Shown one piece after another: positions 26,555 to 36,920 of a stretch of DNA of 64,000 nucleotides (position 1 is the stretch's first letter; each line of letters starts with the position of its first letter). Location: positions 1,568,001-1,632,000 of the forward strand of contig CBDCDZ010000004.1 in NCBI GenBank assembly GCA_965215565.1, in the 5' to 3' direction. The stretch is from Trueperaceae bacterium (lineage in GTDB: Bacteria > Deinococcota > Deinococci > Deinococcales > Trueperaceae). The notes beneath the pieces were generated by a model that saw nothing but the letters and a program-made list of their open reading frames with translations, had not been told where the DNA came from and did not search any database. The position numbers and the translations under genes are program-made.

Positions 26555-29211
26555 TGGCTGTTTTGTCCATTGGTGATAAGCGCTTGGGCGCGGTTCTCTT
26601 AGACCGGGGCTACGTCAGCGACGACAACTTGCAAGACGCCATCGGCAAACACGCCGAAGTCGGCGGGCGGCTCTCCGACATTTTAGTCAACATCGGCGTG
26701 ATTTCGGAGCAGCGTATCGCGCGGGCGATCGAGGAAGCCATCGGCATCCCGCTCGTGGCGCTCCCTCGCATCGATATCTCGGCGGACGCTTTGGCAAAAG
26801 TCCCCGCCGACTTAGCGCTGGAGATGGGCGCGCTCCCCTTCGGTTTGGAGGGCAACCGCTTGCGCGTCGCCTTCGCTGACCCCTTAGACGCCTTGTCCAT
26901 CGAAGAGATCGAGGACGAGTCGGACTGCATCGTCGAGCCTTACAAGGCGCTCAGCAAGGAACTCGAGTGGGCCTTGGCGACGCACTATCCCGAACTCGGA
27001 CTCACGCCCCCCGCCGACATGGGCAGCGACCCTGGGCAGCGCATGGGCAATTTGGCGCTCGAGCAGGGGCTCATCACCGAAGACCAGCTCAAAGAAGCGA
27101 ACGAGAAGCAGACTCGTACAGGCGGCCTTTTGGGGCGCATTTTAGTCGAGATGGGCGCACTGAGCGAGCCTCTGTTGGCGCAGCTTTTAGCCCAGCAAGC
27201 GGGCATTCCTTACGCAGAAAATTTGGACGACGCCGAAGTCAGCGAGAAGCTCTCGTCTTACCTCTTGCGCTTAGACGCGCTCCAATTCAACGCTGTTCCG
27301 TACAAAGATGAGGGTGATCACCTCGTCGTCGCGCTCGCTGACCCGCGCAAGATTTCTGAGATCGAAGCGATTATTCAAAAGCCGCTCCAGTTCATCTGCG
27401 CCCCGCAAACCGAGGTGCAAAATCTCATCGACTTGCTCTACGCAGGCGACAAGGGGCGTTTGGGCGAGACTCTCCTGCAAAACAACAAGATCAAGCGCGA
27501 GCAACTTCGCAAGGCACTAGAGGAGCAGAACAAGCTCGGGCGCGTCAAGCCGCTCGGTGAAATCCTGACCGACTTGGGCTACGTCAATCAGGACGACGTG
27601 GACACGGCGCTGAGCCGTCAACGTGCGGGCGGCGGACGCTTAGAAGACACGCTCGTCCAGTCCGGCAAGATCAGCCCGGAGATGCTCGCGCGCAGCTTGG
27701 CGATGCAGCTCGGCTACGAGTTCGTCGAGGAGAATAACGTCCAGGTGGACCCCTACGCGGTTACGCTCGTTCCTGAGGGTACCATCCGGCGCTACACCGT
27801 GATGCCGATTTCGGTCAGTGGCAACACGCTAACTGTCGCCATGAAAGACCCGCGCCACGTCTTCGCGCTAGACGACATCAAGCTGATTACGGGCAAGGAG
27901 ATTCAGCCCGCCGTCGCCACCGAAGAGACGCTAACCGCGCTCATCAACCGCTTCTACCGGGGCGGCGACGACATGGACGAACTCGCCAAGGCGGTCATGG
28001 AAGAGGTTGGCTCGCAGCAAGACGTTGAAGAGTCGGACAGCGGCATCGACGACAACGCGCTCGTCAAGGTGGTGAACAACATCATCCGCGAGTCGGTCCT
28101 AAACGATATTTCGGACATCCACATCGAGCCGCGCCCGACGGAGGTCATCATCCGTGTGCGCAAAGACGGCTCGCTGCGCGAGTACATGACTATGCCCAAA
28201 GCCACCGCGGGCGCGATGGCGGCGCGCATCAAGATTATGGGCGGGCTCAATATCGCCGAGCGGCGCGTACCCCAAGACGGGCGCGTCCGCTTCAAGGATA
28301 AGACGATGGAGGTTGACCTCCGTCTGTCCACACTGCCCACCGTTTACGGCGAGAAATCCGTCATGCGTATCCTCAAAAAAGCCTCCTCAATTCCTGAGAT
28401 CGAGCAGTTGGGCTTCGCGGAGTACAACTTCACGCGCTTTAGCGACGTGATTCAGAAACCCTATGGGATTTTCCTCATCACCGGACCCACCGGTTCAGGT
28501 AAGTCGTTCTCGACCTTCTCCATTTTGAAGCGTGTCGCGGTTCCCGAAGTGAACGTCACGACAGTCGAAGACCCGGTGGAATATGAAATCCCTGGGATCA
28601 ACCAGACGCAGGTGAATAACAAAGCGGGGCTCACCTTCGCCTCAGCGCTCCGCTCCTTCTTGCGTCAAGACCCGGACATCATCATGATCGGTGAGATTCG
28701 CGACACGGAAACGGCGAAGATCGCAGTTGAGGCGGCCTTAACAGGTCACTTGGTCATCGCCACCTTGCACACGAACGACGCGGCTGGCGCGGTGACAAGA
28801 CTTGAAGAGATGGGCGTCGAACCCTTCAACATCTCCGCGTCCCTTCTCGGCGTGTTGGCGCAGCGCCTGGTGCGCAAAGTCTGTAAAGACTGCCGCGTCG
28901 AGTACACGCCCGACCCCGAGATTCTGCGGCGCATGGGGCTCTCTGAAAATGAGATTAAAGGGCAGACGCTCTACCGGGGCGTCGGCTGCGAGAAGTGCAG
29001 CGGTAGCGGCTATAACGGACGCGCCGCCATCCACGAACTCCTGACGGTGGAAGACGAAATCGAAGCGGCCATCGTGCAGGGCAAGTCGTCCTCAGAAATC
29101 AAAGATGTCGCCGTGGACATCGGGATGAAGACCTTGCGCGACGACGGCGTATTCAAGGCGTTTCAGGGAATTACGACACTCGAGGAAGTCCTAGCCCGCA
29201 CCACAGACTAG
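26554..29211 (+). CDS. pilB: Type IV pilus assembly ATPase (PilB family, Thermus PilF-type) with repeated GSPII/MshEN domains
   Basis: Repeated RLGxxL..G motifs; SDIHIEP, ERRVPQDG, GPTGSGKS, LRQDPD, GEIRD; CxxC...CxxC zinc motif. Confidence 0.93.
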   Translation: MAVLSIGDKRLGAVLLDRGYVSDDNLQDAIGKHAEVGGRLSDILVNIGVISEQRIARAIEEAIGIPLVALPRIDISADALAKVPADLALEMGALPFGLEGNRLRVAFADPLDALSIEEIEDESDCIVEPYKALSKELEWALATHYPELGLTPPADMGSDPGQRMGNLALEQGLITEDQLKEANEKQTRTGGLLGRILVEMGALSEPLLAQLLAQQAGIPYAENLDDAEVSEKLSSYLLRLDALQFNAVPYKDEGDHLVVALADPRKISEIEAIIQKPLQFICAPQTEVQNLIDLLYAGDKGRLGETLLQNNKIKREQLRKALEEQNKLGRVKPLGEILTDLGYVNQDDVDTALSRQRAGGGRLEDTLVQSGKISPEMLARSLAMQLGYEFVEENNVQVDPYAVTLVPEGTIRRYTVMPISVSGNTLTVAMKDPRHVFALDDIKLITGKEIQPAVATEETLTALINRFYRGGDDMDELAKAVMEEVGSQQDVEESDSGIDDNALVKVVNNIIRESVLNDISDIHIEPRPTEVIIRVRKDGSLREYMTMPKATAGAMAARIKIMGGLNIAERRVPQDGRVRFKDKTMEVDLRLSTLPTVYGEKSVMRILKKASSIPEIEQLGFAEYNFTRFSDVIQKPYGIFLITGPTGSGKSFSTFSILKRVAVPEVNVTTVEDPVEYEIPGINQTQVNNKAGLTFASALRSFLRQDPDIIMIGEIRDTETAKIAVEAALTGHLVIATLHTNDAAGAVTRLEEMGVEPFNISASLLGVLAQRLVRKVCKDCRVEYTPDPEILRRMGLSENEIKGQTLYRGVGCEKCSGSGYNGRAAIHELLTVEDEIEAAIVQGKSSSEIKDVAVDIGMKTLRDDGVFKAFQGITTLEEVLARTTD

Positions 29212-29443
29212 GCGGTGGTCCACGTTTTGCGCACGGCGTTGCATGAAGCCTGTGAAAACAGCAAGCGAACACCTACGGCGGCGCAAAATGGGACACCTTA
29301 CAAATTCACCGACGAAATCACGTTGATTAGCGTCACATGGGGAAAAAGAGCCGCAGGTATCATCCCCGAGCGTGCATCGCGAACAGCGCTAAATTACAGT
29401 GAGGGTTTCTCAAACCAGATGATACCTGCTAAAGGACGGAACT

Positions 29444-30640
29444 ATGGCAGACCAACTTAAAAGTACCCAAATCCAAGCCGACATCGTCGACCTCTTGCGC
29501 TTGTCGATGGACCGGGGCGCGTCGGACTTGATTCTTACGAACGGGCTCCCGCCGATGCTCCGGCTCGACGGCGAGTGGCAGCCTACCGAATACGACCCTT
29601 TGGACCCCAACATGACGCGCCGCCTGATGTACTCGATGATGGACGAGAAAAAGCAGCGCAACTTCGAAGAGAACCGCGAGTTGGACTTCTCCTTTGCGCT
29701 TTCGGGTGCCGGGCGTTTCCGCGTCAACGTCTTTTTTCAGCGCGGCGCGGTTGGCGGCGTCTTGCGGATGATCTCCGAGGAGATTCTCAGCTTTGAATTT
29801 ATGGGCTTGCCGCAAGTGGTCGCGGACGTCGCCAAGCAGCCGCGCGGCTTGGTTCTGGTGACGGGTCCGACGGGCTCGGGTAAGTCCACCACCTTGGCGG
29901 CGATGATCGACAAGATCAACACCGATTTCGCCAAGCACATCGTCACCATCGAAGACCCCGTCGAGTTTTTCCACACCCATAAACGCTCGGTGGTCAATCA
30001 GCGCGAAATTGGCGAGGACACCAAAGGCTTCGACAAGGCGCTCAAGTCGGTTTTGCGCCAAGCGCCCGACGTGATTTTGGTGGGTGAGATGCGCGACCAC
30101 GAGACGATCGGCGCGGCTGTAACCGCCGCCGAAACGGGTCACTTGGTGATGGGCACCTTGCACACCAACTCCGCGCCCGAAGCCGTCGACCGCATCATCG
30201 ACGTCTTCCCCGAAGCGCAGCAAGAGCAGGTGCGCGTGCAGCTTGCGAACAACTTGCAAGCCATCCTGACGCAGCAACTCGTCCCCAAACAGGGCGGCGG
30301 GCGCGCCCTCGCGTATGAGTTTATGATCGGCACGCCCGCCATTCGCAACCTCATCCGCGAGGGGAAAACGCACCAGATTCTCTCCGCGATCCAGATGGGT
30401 GGACGCGAGGGTATGATCACGATGGACGCCTGCCTAGCTGAGATGCACCTCAGCCGCAAGATTTCTTATGACGTGGGTCTTTCGCGCTCGGTTGACTCCA
30501 AAGAGTTCGCCCGTTTAGTCGAGTCGGGCGGCGCGGGTGGCGGCGCAAGTAGCGGCTCGAGCGCCCAAGCACAGCCGACACGTCCAGAAGCAGAACCCTC
30601 AGGCTCTATGTCGTTTGGACGAGGTGGGCGCAACGGTTAG
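29444..30640 (+). CDS. pilT: Type IV pilus retraction ATPase
   Basis: GPTGSGKSTT, TIEDPVE, GEMRD, AETGHLV, AIRNLIRE motif. Confidence 0.95.
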   Translation: MADQLKSTQIQADIVDLLRLSMDRGASDLILTNGLPPMLRLDGEWQPTEYDPLDPNMTRRLMYSMMDEKKQRNFEENRELDFSFALSGAGRFRVNVFFQRGAVGGVLRMISEEILSFEFMGLPQVVADVAKQPRGLVLVTGPTGSGKSTTLAAMIDKINTDFAKHIVTIEDPVEFFHTHKRSVVNQREIGEDTKGFDKALKSVLRQAPDVILVGEMRDHETIGAAVTAAETGHLVMGTLHTNSAPEAVDRIIDVFPEAQQEQVRVQLANNLQAILTQQLVPKQGGGRALAYEFMIGTPAIRNLIREGKTHQILSAIQMGGREGMITMDACLAEMHLSRKISYDVGLSRSVDSKEFARLVESGGAGGGASSGSSAQAQPTRPEAEPSGSMSFGRGGRNG

Positions 30641-30663
30641 GGTTTTTCTGTTTTGAGTTTTTT

Positions 30664-30696
30664 GAAGAGGTCTCGAGCTTAACTCGAGACCTCTTC
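30664..30696. terminator. Hairpin between convergent genes (probable terminator)
   Basis: 14-bp perfect inverted repeat GAAGAGGTCTCGAG / CTCGAGACCTCTTC. Confidence 0.7.
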
Positions 30697-30707
30697 CATT
30701 TTGCCTA

Positions 30708-30896
30708 CTACCGATATTTCTTCAAAAGGTACGCTTTGTAGTCCTTCTCGTCTACATCAGCGTTCTTGAGAAGGCCGTAGAGGGCTCGAGTCATTGGTGG
30801 AAGCTCGCGGACCTCTTCTAAAGGTTGCTCTTTAGCTGGCTTTGGATGTGGCTCGAGATGCTTATCAGTCGCAGGTTTTGACGGTTTTTCGCTCAT
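30708..30896 (-). CDS. Small protein resembling the C-terminal half of DUF6364-type antitoxins
   Basis: GGAG RBS; ELPPMTRALYGLLK...DEKDYKAYLLKKYR ending. Confidence 0.45.
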   Translation of the reverse strand: MSEKPSKPATDKHLEPHPKPAKEQPLEEVRELPPMTRALYGLLKNADVDEKDYKAYLLKKYR

Positions 30897-30996
30897 GAAT
30901 CTCCAAAAGTAACTTTGGCGGAGGCTCAGGTATTCAGAGTTGGTAACAAAGGAAGCTCGAGCCCGAACGTTTAGAGGTTAGGCTCGAGCCAAAATT

Positions 30997-31938
30997 CTAA
31001 GCCTCTACCCCCGCCTTCTCCATCGCCTCCACCATCGCCGAGCCCATATCCGTAGGCGTCGGCGCAACGACTACGCCCGCATCTTCTAAAGCAGCAATCT
31101 TATCCTCAGCCGTCCCTTTCCCCCCGGAAATAATCGCCCCCGCGTGCCCCATGCGCTTCCCTGGCGGCGCAGTCGTTCCGGCGATAAAACCCGCGACGGG
31201 TTTGGTCATGTTGTCCTTGACCCACGCCGCCGCTTCCTCTTCCGCCGTCCCGCCGATTTCGCCGATCATGATGACCCCTTCGGTCTCGGGGTCCTCGTTG
31301 AAGAGCTTCAAAACGTCCAAGAAGTTCGTGCCGTTCACGGGGTCCCCGCCGATGCCGACGGCGGTGGTCTGCCCAAGCCCATTGTTCGTAAGCTGATGCA
31401 CCGCTTCGTACGTCAACGTCCCGGAACGGCTCACCACACCGATTTTGCCACCCTTATGGATGTAGCCGGGCATGATGCCAATTTTGCACTCATGGGGCGT
31501 GATGACGCCGGGGCAGTTCGGACCGACGAGGCGCGAAGGTCTGCCTTCCATATAGCGCCGCGCTTTAACCATGTCCTCAATCGGGATGCCTTCGGTGATG
31601 GTGATAATGAGCGTAATGTCGGCGCTCGCCGCTTCCATAATGGCGTCGGCGGCAAAAGCAGGCGGTACATAAATCACCGAAGCGTTTGCGCCCGTTTTTG
31701 CAACGGCTTCTCTCACGGTGTTGAAGCTAGGAACGTCCACGCTGTAGGTATCGTTACGTCCAGGTACGCCGCTATGGTCCGTCTCACCCTCGAAGTGAAC
31801 GGTCTGCCCGCCTTTGCCGGGGCGAACTGCGCCGACGATTTGTGTACCGTAAGCGATCGCTTTATCCGTATGAAACTTGCCCGCGTCACCGAGTCCTTGT
31901 ACGATGACCTTCGTATTTTTATCGACTAAAATGCTCAC
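30997..31938 (-). CDS. sucD: Succinyl-CoA ligase alpha subunit
   Basis: [30 protein letters not shown] (phospho-His). Confidence 0.96.
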   Translation of the reverse strand: MSILVDKNTKVIVQGLGDAGKFHTDKAIAYGTQIVGAVRPGKGGQTVHFEGETDHSGVPGRNDTYSVDVPSFNTVREAVAKTGANASVIYVPPAFAADAIMEAASADITLIITITEGIPIEDMVKARRYMEGRPSRLVGPNCPGVITPHECKIGIMPGYIHKGGKIGVVSRSGTLTYEAVHQLTNNGLGQTTAVGIGGDPVNGTNFLDVLKLFNEDPETEGVIMIGEIGGTAEEEAAAWVKDNMTKPVAGFIAGTTAPPGKRMGHAGAIISGGKGTAEDKIAALEDAGVVVAPTPTDMGSAMVEAMEKAGVEA

Positions 31939-33161
31939 TGCGCCAACTCCACAATTTTGCGTGCGCCGTCCTTCATGTCGTCGGCGCTGACCACACCTTC
32001 AATGCCCGCATTCTGAATGATCTCTTTGCCCAGCTCGACGTTCGTGCCTTCTAAACGCACGACTAAGGGCACCTCTAAGCCGACCTCTTTGACCGCCTCA
32101 ACGACACCATTAGCAATCGTGTCGCAACGCATGATGCCGCCGAAGATATTGACGAAAATCCCTTTGACGCTGGGGTCACGAGTGATAATTTTGAACGCCG
32201 CCGTGACGTTTTCCGTCGTCGCGCCGCCGCCTACGTCCAAGAAGTTCGCGGGCTCGCCGCCCTCGTGCTTGATGATGTCCATCGTGGACATGGCGAGTCC
32301 TGCGCCGTTGACCAAACAGCCGATGTTGCCGTCCAACTTGATGAAGGAGAGTCCATACTTGTCCGCTTCGACTTCAGCGGGGTCCTCTTCGGACTTGTCG
32401 CGCATCTCCAGCACGTCTTTGTGGCGGAAGAGCGCGTTGCTGTCGAAGCTCATCTTGCCGTCGAGCGCCATCACTTGACCTTGCTTGGTAACGACGAGCG
32501 GGTTGATCTCCAACATATCGGCGTCTAACTCCCTAGCCGCGTTTGCCACCGCTTTGAAGAACTTGACGCCGTTCTTAAAGGCGTCGCCGGAAAGCTCCAA
32601 GGCGAAGGCGAGTTCCCGAGCCTGAAAATCCGTCAAGCCTACCGCCGGGTCTATGACCACGCGCTGAATCTTCTCGGGCGTCTTCTCGGCGACCTCTTCG
32701 ATTTCGGTGCCACCCTCGGTAGACACCATCACGATGTTGCGGGCGTGGGCGCGGTCTAAGACGATGGAGAGGTAGAGTTCGCGCTCGATGTCAATGCCCT
32801 GCTCGATGTAGAGCCTGCCCACCTCTTTGCCCTCGTCGCCCGTCTGAACGGTGACGAGCGTCGAGCCGAGCATCTTCTTGGCTAACTCGCGCACCTTTTC
32901 TTCCGCCGCTTTGACGCCGCCGTCTAACCCGTCCGTCACCACGTTGACGCCCGCCACGTCCTCGTGCTCCTTGAAGCGTCCTTTGCCGCGCCCGCCCGCG
33001 TGAATCTGCGACTTGACCACAACGACTTTGTTACCGCTATTTTCGATCAAGGGGCGCACAGCGGCTACGGCCTCGTTGGGCGAGGTGGCGACGTGACCCT
33101 CGGGCACGGCAATGCCGCGCGCTTTCATCAGCTCTTTAGCTTGGTATTCGTGAATATTCAA
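31935..33161 (-). CDS. sucC: Succinyl-CoA ligase beta subunit
   Basis: [37 protein letters not shown]; start reassigned to TTG 33161 after AAAGGAG. Confidence 0.96.
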   Translation of the reverse strand: MNIHEYQAKELMKARGIAVPEGHVATSPNEAVAAVRPLIENSGNKVVVVKSQIHAGGRGKGRFKEHEDVAGVNVVTDGLDGGVKAAEEKVRELAKKMLGSTLVTVQTGDEGKEVGRLYIEQGIDIERELYLSIVLDRAHARNIVMVSTEGGTEIEEVAEKTPEKIQRVVIDPAVGLTDFQARELAFALELSGDAFKNGVKFFKAVANAARELDADMLEINPLVVTKQGQVMALDGKMSFDSNALFRHKDVLEMRDKSEEDPAEVEADKYGLSFIKLDGNIGCLVNGAGLAMSTMDIIKHEGGEPANFLDVGGGATTENVTAAFKIITRDPSVKGIFVNIFGGIMRCDTIANGVVEAVKEVGLEVPLVVRLEGTNVELGKEIIQNAGIEGVVSADDMKDGARKIVELAQ

Positions 33162-33417
33162 CGTTCGGTCTCCTTTTAGTGAGTTAGCAGGTATCATCTG
33201 GTTTGAGACACTCTCACTCTAAAAAGCAGCGTTTAGGACGCACATTGTGAGATGATACCTGCGGCGTTCTGTCTCAGTATATTTTGGAACTGCTAAGTAG
33301 AATGGCTCCTGCAAACGCTCTAGCCTACCGCGCGACTGGGCGTGTAGTAAAACGTTGTGTGCTAGGCGCGTACAAAAAAGGCGCGGGGCGTGCACATCTT
33401 TCGGTTGCCCGCGCGCG

Positions 33418-34605
33418 CTAACGCGCCACGACGACCTCACGCTTCGCTGCCCACTGCCCCAAATCCTGACGGTTGATTGCCGTCGCCATCAACTCCGGGA
33501 ACAGCTCCGGCGTGCAGGCGAACGACACAACGCCTAAGTGAGCGAACGCCTCGGCGACGCGGTGATCATAGCTCGGCGCACCGTCGTCGCTGAGCGCTAA
33601 AAGCGCAATCATCTGCACGCCAGACCCTACCAAGGCGGCGGCGCGTTTCAGCATCTCCTCCGCGTTGCCGCCCTCAAAGAGGTCGCTGATGAGGATCAAA
33701 ATAGTGTCGTGCGGGCGTGCGACGCGCGTCTGGCAGTAGCCGAGGGCGCGGCTAATGTCCGTGCCGCCGCCGAGTTGCACGCCGAAGAGGAGGTCCACGG
33801 GGTCGTGCAGGTCTTCGCTCAAATCGACGACGCTCGTATCGAAAGCGACGAAGCGCGTTTTTAGTGCAGGGAGCGAGGCGAGCACCGCGCCGAAAATCCC
33901 TGAATACACCACCGAGGTCGCCATTGAGCCGCTCTGGTCGAGGCAGAGGATGACGTCGCGCAGAGCGGAGCGCTTGCGCCCGTAGCCGATGCGCCGTTCT
34001 GGGATGACGGTCTTGTACTCGGGCTGGTAGTGCTTGAGGTTGGCGCGGATGGTGCGTGGCCAGTCGATTTCGTTGTGGCGCGGGCGAGTGTTGCGCGCGG
34101 CGCGGTTCAGCGCACCCTTTACAGCTTGTTCGGTAGGACCGGCGAGCTTACGGAGCAACTCGTTCACGACGCTCCGCACAACTTGACGGGCAGTGTCTTT
34201 CGTTGTTTCGGGGATGACGCTGCCCAGCGAGATGAGGTTGGCAACCATGTGCACGTCGGCTTCGACCACCTCCAACATCTCGGGCTCTAAGAGCATATGC
34301 CGCAGGTTGAGGCGCTCCAAGGCGTCTTGCTGCATAACTCTAACCACGCTACTCGGGAAGTAGCCGCGAATATCGCCGAGCCAGCGGGCAACTTTGGGTG
34401 CAGACGCGCCGAGCCCGCCGAGCCGGCCGTCCGCGTCGTAGAGTGCACCGAGGGCGGCGTCCATGCCCGCGTCGCTCGCGGAGAGTATCCCGCCGATGCT
34501 ACCCGCTTCGCCGCCCAAGACGAGCCGCCAGCGCCGCTCACGTTCGCTCTGGTTGACGTGGCCGGCTTCGGCTGAGGGCTCGAGGTCGCCTTTGGCACCT
34601 TTCAT
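33418..34605 (-). CDS. vWA-domain protein (YehP/CoxE-like)
   Basis: RRWRLVLG, IDWPRTIRANL, DQSGSM MIDAS, GGGTDI, ISDLFEG. Confidence 0.88.
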   Translation of the reverse strand: MKGAKGDLEPSAEAGHVNQSERERRWRLVLGGEAGSIGGILSASDAGMDAALGALYDADGRLGGLGASAPKVARWLGDIRGYFPSSVVRVMQQDALERLNLRHMLLEPEMLEVVEADVHMVANLISLGSVIPETTKDTARQVVRSVVNELLRKLAGPTEQAVKGALNRAARNTRPRHNEIDWPRTIRANLKHYQPEYKTVIPERRIGYGRKRSALRDVILCLDQSGSMATSVVYSGIFGAVLASLPALKTRFVAFDTSVVDLSEDLHDPVDLLFGVQLGGGTDISRALGYCQTRVARPHDTILILISDLFEGGNAEEMLKRAAALVGSGVQMIALLALSDDGAPSYDHRVAEAFAHLGVVSFACTPELFPELMATAINRQDLGQWAAKREVVVAR

Positions 34606-36917
34606 TATGTCTCCACCTCCTCGATACCTAAAAGTCGCCGCACGGTAGGCATAACCGCCCGCGCCCGCGCTTCGTCTAAGGGTTCGCCTGGAGTACTGCT
34701 AGCCCTGCCCTTGACCCGCACCCCCATCTGCCTGCGCTCGGGCGCACTAAACGTCGCGAAGGTGCGCCGCAAGAGGGGAACGAGTTGCACGAAGGTCTCC
34801 TCGCCGAGGCTCTGCAACCAGCCGTCCAGCACGCGCCATAAACTTTCGTCATGGAGTAGAACCGCGCCGCTGTCCCTTAGAAAACCCTCTATCCAGGCGG
34901 CAGCGTCCGGTGGCTCGCTCGCCCGCGAGAGCGCCAAACTCACCCTTCGCGCCGCCGCCTCACTGCTCATATCGCCCGTGTCGAAGAGGAGCCGCGCGGC
35001 GCGCCCCGTCACGAGCGCGTGGATGTTGGGGCGCTCGAGCAGGGCGCGCCGCGCCTCTCTCCACATCGCGTTATAACGCTCGTCAGCGAGAACTTGAAGG
35101 GCGCTGTGCGTCTGCATGATGCGCCCGAACATCGCGTCCGCCGCGTCGTCGTCCAGCGAACTGCACGCCCCCGGCAAACCGATGCATAGGCGCGGCGCGA
35201 GCCCGCCCACGACCTGCGCCACCTGGCTCGCGTCCGTTTTGCGGACATTGCCGTAGCGCAGCACCTGTACGAGCGGTGGGAGCGCCGCCATAAGGTGCGC
35301 CACGTCGCTCGTGAGGGCGGCTTTGTTCTCCAAGGCTCTCGTCAGCGCCGCAACCGCGCTCGGGAGGTCAGCAAGCAGCGCGTCCCCCAGCAGCGCGGTG
35401 AGCGCGGGTAGATGAGGCGCGTGTTCCGCCTCGTGCTGAACGTAGGCGCTCGCGGCAAGTTCCACCGTGTTACCCCACACCGCCACCTCGACTAAACGGA
35501 CTGCGAACTCAGGTTTCCAGCGCAGCAGCCAGTGCTCGTGAAAGCTCCCCTTCTTGCCGTAGACGGAACGCGGCTCGCCCCACGGGACGCCGAGCAGCTT
35601 CAGGCGGTGGAGCAGGTGGCTGCGCCCTAAGTGGAGGTCTTTGCGGAGGTCTAGCTCGAGGCTGCTCTCGCTCGCTTTAGGCTGCGTCCGCAGCGACTTC
35701 TGCAAGCGCATGAGGTCCTGTTGCAGCGGCAGCAGCGGCGCGCCTTCGGGAACCGTGCCCAGCCGCTCGCCGACGATGAGCTTCTCTTCGACAAGGCGCA
35801 GCGGTTCGCTGCGTCCGCCGCAAAAGACCGTCTGCACCGCCTCGTTCAGTTCATCCAAGCCTGCCGCCGACTTGCCGCGCAGCGCCGCTAAGCTGTCCGC
35901 CAAGCGCACCCCCTCGATGATATGGGCGGACGAAGCACTCAAATCTTGTTCGCGAAAGAGCGCCGCGACGTGGGTGAGCCAGCGGACGCTGACTGGGTCG
36001 CCCTCTCTTTCGCCTCGTTCGTCATTGCGGCTGCGGACGCGCCAGAGGTGGTCATACCAACCCGGCGAGAGAACACCGGCACCGTAGCCGCTGCGCCGCG
36101 CCAACCGCCCGTACGTCCAGGGTGTCCAGGTGGCGGTCACTTTGGTTTTAGGCAACCCTTTAAGCAGCGCTCTGTCCGCCGCCTCGTTCGACCTCTCCAA
36201 CAGAGCAGGCACGTGCCACGCGCCGCACACCACGGCGATGCGGGTGAAGCCCTCCCGCTCGGCGCGGCGAATCGTCTCGCGCATGGCGGCTTCGCGCAGG
36301 CTTTCGGTTCGCGCCTCGAGCCTATCCGCCAGGGCATTTTTTGGGAGGGTATTCTCTGGCAGCGCATCCTCGCGCAGCGCCACCATCGCCTCCTGAATCG
36401 CCTCGAATAGACCCTTGCTCTCCCACCGCGACTCCACCACCTGGTCCCACCAGCGTTCGCCGTCCGCGTAGCCAGCGGCGGCGGCGAGTCGCCCCAAGGG
36501 ATCGTGACGGGGATGGGATGCGTTGGTGGGCTCGAGTTTGGCGGTAGGCTCGAGTTCGGCGTCACCGGGCACTTCATCAACCTCTTCTCCACCAGGTTCA
36601 GTCAGCGCCAACCGCTGCGCTTGCGGCAAGTCCATGAAGCGCACAGGAATACCTCTCGAGAACGCAAACGTCAGCGCTTGCCACTCCGGTGAAAACACCG
36701 CGAAGGGGTAGAACGCGGCGTGTTCCGGTCTGTCAGGTGCATAGACCATCAGCGCGACGGGGGGCTGCGTCGCCTCTTGCGCAGCGAAGCCGATGACCGA
36801 ATCCGCGTCGGGCGGACCTTCGGTGAGGACGAGGTCGGGACCCAACGTCTCCAACGCGCGGCGCAGCGCCCGAGCCGAGCCGGGACCGTGGTGCCGGATA
36901 CCGTAAAGGTGAACCAC
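34605..36917 (-). CDS. DUF5682 / YehM-like protein
   Basis: GIRHHGPGSA, EGPPDA, YPFAVFSPEWQA, REAAM, VVCGAWH, GYGAG. Confidence 0.85.
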   Translation of the reverse strand: MVHLYGIRHHGPGSARALRRALETLGPDLVLTEGPPDADSVIGFAAQEATQPPVALMVYAPDRPEHAAFYPFAVFSPEWQALTFAFSRGIPVRFMDLPQAQRLALTEPGGEEVDEVPGDAELEPTAKLEPTNASHPRHDPLGRLAAAAGYADGERWWDQVVESRWESKGLFEAIQEAMVALREDALPENTLPKNALADRLEARTESLREAAMRETIRRAEREGFTRIAVVCGAWHVPALLERSNEAADRALLKGLPKTKVTATWTPWTYGRLARRSGYGAGVLSPGWYDHLWRVRSRNDERGEREGDPVSVRWLTHVAALFREQDLSASSAHIIEGVRLADSLAALRGKSAAGLDELNEAVQTVFCGGRSEPLRLVEEKLIVGERLGTVPEGAPLLPLQQDLMRLQKSLRTQPKASESSLELDLRKDLHLGRSHLLHRLKLLGVPWGEPRSVYGKKGSFHEHWLLRWKPEFAVRLVEVAVWGNTVELAASAYVQHEAEHAPHLPALTALLGDALLADLPSAVAALTRALENKAALTSDVAHLMAALPPLVQVLRYGNVRKTDASQVAQVVGGLAPRLCIGLPGACSSLDDDAADAMFGRIMQTHSALQVLADERYNAMWREARRALLERPNIHALVTGRAARLLFDTGDMSSEAAARRVSLALSRASEPPDAAAWIEGFLRDSGAVLLHDESLWRVLDGWLQSLGEETFVQLVPLLRRTFATFSAPERRQMGVRVKGRASSTPGEPLDEARARAVMPTVRRLLGIEEVET

Positions 36918-36920
36918 GCG

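Noticed and set aside
29429..30373. 314-aa ORF antisense to pilT (and similar long antisense ORFs over sucD, gcvT and others)
   Set aside because: Shadow ORFs expected opposite GC-rich coding genes
36531..36560. Short tandem duplication (AELEPT/AKLEPT) in the DUF5682-like gene
   Set aside because: Two-copy, in-frame duplication in a variable linker
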